Shown one piece after another: positions 56,442-64,000 of a stretch of 64,000 nucleotides of DNA (position 1 is the stretch's first letter; the number at the start of each line of letters is the position of its first letter). Made by a program: the position numbers and the translations under genes. This DNA is from Octopus vulgaris (Eukaryota): positions 50,840,001-50,904,000 of the forward strand of contig OX597821.1 of the NCBI GenBank assembly GCA_951406725.2, read 5' to 3'. The notes beneath the pieces were generated by a model. It saw only the letters and a list, made by a program, of their open reading frames with translations, was not told where the DNA came from and searched no databases.

Positions 56442-57622
56442 ATTTAACCTTTAAAGGTATTTTTTTAATATGCTGGCCATTGATAACATTTTTCGTAAAT
56501 TTTATCCTATATTTTATCCTATCCCGGTTTCAATGGCGTTTGTGTTCTCCAGCTGGGCGGGACGCCAGTCCATCGCAGCGTTACTTATTTTTGCCAGCCG
56601 AGTGGACTGGAGCAATGTGAAATGAAGTGTTTTGCTCAAGAACACAACGGGTTGTCCGGTCCAGGAATCGAAACCACAATCTTACGGACATTTTTTTAAA
56701 CAACGAAAAACAGGGTACAAGGCATACGACACAAGGAAAATTCCCCTTCTTCATCCGCCTCCGTTTCGTCTACTCCGCGTTTCGAAGGTAAAGGTGAGAC
56801 ACGACTTCGATGAAACGGTCCTTCCCGCAAATAATTTGAGATTTTTTGCGGAGGGGTAAAAGTGGTAGCAAAAACAGGACAGTAAAAACAATACAAGGCA
56901 GTAAAAATACAAATAAAAATAAAAACAGTAAACGACAGGACAAGTAGAACAACAGAAATACGAACGTTAAGGGCTGTTAAGTCGACCGAAAGAGATATTA
57001 TTTTGAACGCGTGAGAACAACTGCATAAGAAAGGAATAGGATGCCGTCTATACCTGTTGAAGGCTGTGGTCAGAAAGACAGGACTCTGGTCACATGTCAG
57101 CGATGAGAAGGAGGAGGAGGAGGAGTAAGAGAAAGAGAACGGTGAAAGGGAGAGAATGGTAGAGAAAACCAGAAAGAATGAAGAGTGAACGGGAGGGGGA
57201 CAGTAAGGTTAGAAAAATAGAGACAGTAAGGTAAAGAGTGTGCATAATAATTATTAAGATAAAACTTACTTGGAAGAGGATGCGTGGTGTTTCGTCATAT
57301 AATAACAAAATAATAAATAAAACATATGTATATATACATATATGTATGTACCTACATCTATATGTATATATACATGCATATATAGGTACAAGACACCCCT
57401 CTTATTTAAAAAATTTACTGTTTAGTATTTCAAGATGCTTTTATGTAATTTTAGTAAATATATCTGTTAAAATGAGATGTCAGTGTTATTTTGATTTTTG
57501 CGTAATTTCGACGACCATTTATTCACACACACACAAACACACACACACATGCATGTATGTATGTATGTATTTATATATATATAAAAGTATAAATGTATAT
57601 ATAAATATATATATAATAAACG

Positions 57623-57828
57623 CCGGTTTCAATGGCGTTTGTGTTCTCCAACTGGGCGGGACGCCAGTCCATCGCAGCGTTACTTATTTTTGCCAGCCGA
57701 GTGGACTGGAGCAATGTGAAATGAAGTGTTTTGCTCAAGAACACAACGCGTTGTCCGGTCCAGGAATCGAAACCACAATCTTACGATCATGATGCTGACA
57801 CCCTAATCACTAAGCCACGCGCCTCCAC
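57623..57828 (-). mobile_element. tRNA-derived SINE; its body is duplicated at 56524-56686
   Basis: Minus strand gtggaggcgcgtggcttagtgattaggg...gtttcgattcctggaccgg; 163-bp duplicate with 2 mismatches. Confidence 0.85.
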
Positions 57829-57841
57829 ATGTACATATGTT

Positions 57842-57876
<35 letters not shown>

Positions 57877-57917
57877 GCACACACACACACATATATATGC
57901 ATATATACATACATGCA

Positions 57918-57976
<59 letters not shown>

Positions 57977-58030
57977 ATATATATATATATATATATATGA
58001 AGACATATGATACGATTAGTAATAAACAAA

Positions 58031-58087
<57 letters not shown>

Positions 58088-58444
58088 GTATATATATTTG
58101 TTTATTGCTACTCGTATCATATGACTTCACTATGTTGGAAATTATATATCTGCTCATCAGAATTCTTTGGAAATAGCTTTATTAATGCTAACAAGATTGA
58201 GATAAATTACTGTAACACATATATTATATACAGCTAATCAATTACAATCTAATTTCAATTCCAATATAAATTTTGTACATATAGTTTTAATAGTCCTATG
58301 CTTCACTTTCGTAGTAAAATCGATGAAAATATTGACTTATAACTATAGTTTTAATATCTTTGTAAATTGCTTTCCAGCTGCGTCTTCATTTATTTGAGAC
58401 TTATGATGTTTCATGTATGCAGTAATCATATTTATGGTTCCGGA

Positions 58445-58710
<266 letters not shown>

Positions 58711-58929
58711 CAATGTACCTGTCCCTCTGTCTATATATACACACTCGCAGAAACACAAGCGATTTAAATAATTTTAAAATATTTTTCCGGGTTTTAAGAA
58801 GTTATAGTGGATGAGCCAACAGTACACCAACAAACAGTCACAATAAGCTTCTTTTTGAAGAGATCGGGTTTAGGGAAGGTTTTCGCTGCTTCATTTTGGT
58901 TCAACCACTGCGAAAATGTAAACAACATT

Positions 58930-59179
58930 TTGAAAGGTAGGAGAATCTAGTTTGCTGGACATTGTTGTAGAGCTGAAAAATAAGTAATTTCTACTCTTCT
59001 CCTCTGGAAGCCATCTACTCGCAATACCAGAGGGCGCACACTCTCCTACCCTTATGTAATCTCCAGGGATACAGGCATCCAGCAACAGGACCTCCGTAAT
59101 GCCATGATGGACCGTGAAGTCTGGCGTAGCATGGTAAATTCCATTGTCTCGACCACGGTCGAACAATGATGATGATGAT
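58930..59179 (+). mobile_element. RTE-type LINE 3' end with (GAT)n tail
   Basis: FAGHCCRA...LLLWKPSTRNTRGRTLSYP.VISRDTGIQQQDLRNAMMDREVWRSMVNSIVSTTVEQ* then gatgatgat. Confidence 0.8.
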
Positions 59180-59314
59180 TTGTACCGGATTTTTGCAGAG
59201 TTTTGAATTTTTTTAAACATTTTTCTTTGAAATTGTCTGATAATACAGACATTGTATTGCCCAAATGCATCAATGAATTAACATTGATTTTTTTTGCCGC
59301 TATTACAAACCTGA

Positions 59315-59615
59315 GCTCTTCAAAAAGAAGGTTATGATGACTGTTTGGTCATGTACTGCTGGACTCATCCACTATAACTTCTTAAAACCCGGAAAAACCA
59401 TTACTGCAGAAACATATTGCCATGATATTGCCAAAATGAACGAAAAACTGCTATTCGTCCGTCCCAAACTGGTCAACAGAAAAGGGCAAATCATTTTTCA
59501 TGACAATGTTCGACCACACGTTTCACTAATGATGCTCCAAAAGTTGACAGAACTTGGCTACGAAGTTCTCTCCACCCAGCTTATTCCGTAGACCTTTCTC
59601 CTACCGGCTACTTTC
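59315..59615 (+). mobile_element. Mariner transposase catalytic-domain fragment
   Basis: KKVMMTVW...GLIHYNFLKPGKTITAETYC...NRKGQIIFHDNVRPH...HPAYSVDLSP. Confidence 0.9.
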
Positions 59616-60686
59616 TCCTACTGTACCATGCAGCGTACAGATAAGCTTTAGTATTTGGGAGTGGGTAGCCAGAAATATTCAAAGTATTTGGGGTGACATA
59701 GACTGGAATAATTGGTATAGAGAGAATTTGTCATGAACGTATATATTAATGTGTATAACGAATTGATAGTTTGTAAGGGTAGACGATGAGACAGATTTAA
59801 ATTGGTAAAGAAAAAATAATAAATTATGGATACTAACAAAATAGATGAAAGAAAACCGGCAGGTCACTTGGAGATTAACGACTGGAAGAGTATATAAGTG
59901 AAACGGAAAAAATACTAGACAGTGAAGTTAGTATATATAATGAAGATAAGAGATTTTTTTATAGTTTTACTTTTGTTGTTTATTTTTTGTTTATTGTATT
60001 TTATCTTATAGTATTTCTTTTGTCTCGTTACCGCCACTGCTTGGCGAAGTCATTTACAACTTCTTATCTCTCTATTTTTTTTATTTAACTGTCACCGTAA
60101 CTCAAATGAGATTACTTTTCTTATATATTTCTCTTAGTTATTAATTCTATGAGCACCGCGAAGATCGACATGTCTGTGATATTGGCGTGGCTGTTGATGG
60201 TAGTATCATTGTAATTTTAGTTCCAATGTTCGCCGATATGGTTTAACCAGAGTATCCGGTCGAATGAAACAGGATTAATCATATATCTTCCTCAGGAAGC
60301 GCCCAAACATGGCTGCTGCTGTTGAGCAGTATTGAACTCTATAATATCAATAACGTCCTTCTGTAATGATCTATGCAGGTCAACTTACCAACTTAAAGCA
60401 AGTGAGCAGTGCAAAAAGAAATGATTTGATCGACTATTAAAGACAGTAATCATCCATGTGTGTGTGTAAATGTATATATATGTTTATACATGTGTGTATA
60501 TATGTATGTGCGTATATGTATATATATATATATGTGTGTGTATGGATATATATATATATGTATGTGTGTATATGTATATATATATGTGTATGGATATGTG
60601 TATATATATGTATATATATATATATATATATATGAATATATGTATGTGTAAATATATATATATGTACATACATACACATATATATG

Positions 60687-60717
<31 letters not shown>

Positions 60718-60792
60718 ATTTATATATTTATATATACATATGTGTATATATATGTATTTTTATGTATATATATGCATATATATATATATATA

Positions 60793-60831
<39 letters not shown>

Positions 60832-60886
60832 TTAAATATATGTGTACATATATGTGTATATATTTGTATATATATGTATGTGTATG

Positions 60887-60921
<35 letters not shown>

Positions 60922-60934
60922 TAGAGGTATACAC

Positions 60935-61320
60935 TGGTATATGTATGGGACATACTGGAAGGGCTGGCATCAAACTTTAAACTGAGAGTTATGTCAGTCC
61001 TCGAAATGGATGTAATTGCACTATTCCAAAAGTCCCAGCTGTCTCATCTAAGGCTTGGACCATGTACTGCTATAGCTTGGAATCCAAGGGCCAGGAGCTA
61101 TTTAACTTCTTGCTAAAACACCTGAGGAATCTCGATGAAGTGGGAGTAGACGTTATCGAGAAACAGGTTACTATCCAATATCAAGGCGGGAATCTCAAAA
61201 GAAGGCAGCGGTATCGAACTCCCTCCTTCACCAAAAGCCAATCCCATAAAATTGGCCAACTGAAAGGTGATTACACTGGCGCTGCCCCAGGATGATCGCA
61301 GCCTCAAGGCTGAAACATAA
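60935..61320 (+). mobile_element. Old CR1-group LINE 3' end
   Basis: YVWDILEGL...YCYSLESKGQELFNFLLKHLRNL, similar to 41200-41400. Confidence 0.65.
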
Positions 61321-62309
61321 AAGAGTAAGAAATATTTATATATGTGTTTATATGTGTATAAAAAGAAAACAGAAAATGGAGAGAATATTGGTAAACAACA
61401 ATTGATTTGCATCAATAATTATTTATTAATAATTTACAAAAAGACTGCATCCCATCTAACATCTGTTTCTGCTGCCAATGTGCTTTAGAATTACCATTTT
61501 GATACAAAGAGAATATTTATCACATTTGGTAATAAAACCGATTTGCATCATGGAGCTTCATCATAGTGGAAAATAATAAAAAGAAGAGACAAAAAGAGAA
61601 CAAGGAAAGGTTGAAGCTGGTGAGAGTTATGTCATGTTGCGTGTAGAGCCATGGGACGATAAGTAAATGACCAAAAGTTAAAATAAAAGGGTTATTTTGT
61701 GGAGTATTCCTATGAACGGAGAAGGCATAGGTTAGGAAAATAATAGCTATTTACGCGAATAGGATAGGTCAAAAAGGAGGAATAAAAATACAATAAAGTG
61801 TAAGTAATAATGATTGTGTATAGTACTAAGTACCAGCATTTATCATAATAAGTTGCTTATCCATTTAATATAATTTTTCACTTACTATTAGTAGGTATTT
61901 TAGTCAATCCACCTATTGTCCAAAATAGGTAGACCAGTGGCCACCGCCAGATATAATTGGTCTGTTAGTGTTTAAAAACAAAAGACTGGTTATTATTAAA
62001 CCATTATTCTCCGGGGTAAAATAAATGAATGATACATGCTATAAGGGACCCGAAGCCGTTTAAGTCAAAAGAAAAGTAGAAATATAAAGAAAATAAAATG
62101 AAATTAAATAAAATGAGACTAATAAAATAATAATGAAAATCTGAAAATTTTCCAGTTTTACATTTAGGGATTTTGATGGTTAAGGGGAGAAAGGGTCTAA
62201 AACCATTTAAGTCAATAAAATAAAAATAAAAATATAAAATAATTCTACTCAGCTCTTCTGAGCCTTGATATAGAGGATGTAGAAGTACATGTACCAAAAT
62301 ATACCATAC

Positions 62310-64000
62310 TGCGAACAGACAGAAGGGAAAGGAGCCATGCTGAAGTTGCTGGATACATCCGTGAAGATCTCATACCTCAGGTTTTACTGTCATACTTAAA
62401 TTCAGTATGTGGCACTTTAATTGTATACATAAGACAACGCAAAATAGTAATATGCAATACATATCGCTCACCGGATGCTCCAAAGCACATAGGCAAGTTT
62501 GAAGATTGCCTTACAAGAATTAAAGAAATTCTCATGAAACTGGAACACCGCGTGAGCGTATTTTGTATTGATGATTTCAACTTCCCCAATGTCCGAAGGC
62601 CCCATGCTCTCAGGAATGACTCATTGCAAACAAGCACAGGTGGATTCCCTGCTCAACCTCACCAATGTCCTATTCATGGGGCAACTAGAGCGAATGACAT
62701 TTTCGATTTCTGCTTCACAAACAATATGAACATCGTTCGGAGACATATAGCCTTAAGGAAGCACCCCAAATCTCTCCAACCTGAACTTCCACTAAGCAGA
62801 CTGGATATCGATTCAAAAAGAGATCCTCAGGCAGGGCAGGCCGAAACGTCGTTCCACACTAGACATTGGCATGAAACTAGAATATTTCCTGTCTGTTATG
62901 CAAACCATATGCCAGCAATGTCCCAGAGCATAAGGCCAACACAAAAAGGAAGAAGATTCAAAGGGAGAGGAAGATCCTCATGAGACGACAGACGAAGGTT
63001 GCAAATTGCTTCAACCAATATTCCAGAAGTAGTGAAAGTTCTCGCCTAAAAACAACACTGATGGATATTGAAAAATTACAATAACAATTCTATGTGAGCA
63101 GACAAAAAAGCCCAGGTTATAAAAAACATAAGTGAAACCCAAAGGCCTTCTTTCATTATGCCAAAGAAATAACCTCAGTACGCTGCAAAATAGGATCCCT
63201 CTTCCAAAAGTCCAACCAGGATCAGTGAAGTACTGAATGACCAGTTCGAAAGTGTCTTTACCACGCCGTTGGAACACAGACAAATCAGTGGATTTCTTTG
63301 CCACCTGACCTATAGCCAGCGAGGCAGTTACAATTGATTACATCGACATTAGCGGAGAAGATATTCTATTAGCCATATATGAGGTGGACACAAACTCAAC
63401 TGCTGGCCCTCAAATCATGTAAGCGATCCTCCTCAAATCGTGTAAGCGTGCCCTGGCGAAACCAATACAGATTTTCTTACCGAGCATTTTTGGAAATGGC
63501 AGGTTGCCAAGCAAACTAAAGGAGGGGATAATATGCCCAATCCATAAAAAAGGGAGCAGATGCCAAAAACTATAGGCTTATCTCTATGACTTCACACATC
63601 AGCAAACTTATGGAACGGATATTCAGAGGGGAACTAATTGCATTCTTCGAAGAAAACAACTTGCTGAGTGATACCCAGCATGGCTTTCGACCAGGTAGGA
63701 GCTGCCTGACCCAGCTCTTACAGCACTAGGACAACTCAAATGTGGACGTAATATACCTTGACCTCGTAAAAGCTTTTGATAAAGTGGATCATGGTATGAT
63801 ATGCAACAAACTGCGTGATCTTAGGGCAGCTGGAAAACTTGGAGAGTGGTTACATGACTTTCTGAAAGATAGAAGTCAGGCAGCAGTGGCCAACGGAGCC
63901 ACCTTAAAAAAACACAAATAGTGAGGGCACTGTTCTGGGACCACTGCTTTTCATAGTTGCCTTCTCGGATATGCCCTCAGCTGCCCGGATAACCACCCTT
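62310..64000 (+). mobile_element. CR1-group LINE ORF2 pseudogene (APE plus RT), runs off the window
   Basis: YRSPD, DDFNFPNV, TRANDIFDFCFTN (APE); KNYRLISMTSHISKLMER...TQHGFRPGRSCLTQLL...DVIYLDLVKAFDKVDHG...GTVLGPLLF (RT); many stops and frameshifts. Confidence 0.92.

Overview
Very AT-rich, microsatellite-saturated animal DNA with no intact protein-coding gene. Nearly all listed ORFs are translations of (TA)n/(CA)n/(TATG)n/(TAA)n repeats. The repeat landscape (tRNA-derived SINEs with CORE-like and Meta-like central domains, Penelope-like fragments, extreme microsatellite load) suggests an octopod cephalopod genome; this is inference. Recognisable remnants: mariner/Tc1 transposases, a Penelope RT, CR1-group and RTE LINE pieces, two kinds of restriction-like-endonuclease (RLE, R4/Dong-like) retrotransposons sitting in (TAA)n or (CATA)n arrays, a decayed Helitron Pif1 helicase, a complete non-autonomous Helitron, and hAT and Tc2-type MITEs. 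The best host-level signal is a textbook recursive-splice-site signature at 44201-44275 (+): a strong polypyrimidine-AG|GTAAGT, a 67-nt cryptic exon with stops in all three frames, then a second CAG|GTAAGT. This suggests the window lies inside a giant intron. Also notable are several repeat families with hammerhead-ribozyme architecture but variant cores, and an unusual density of long fold-back inverted repeats. Coordinates were read by eye and element boundaries are approximate unless defined by TSDs or termini.
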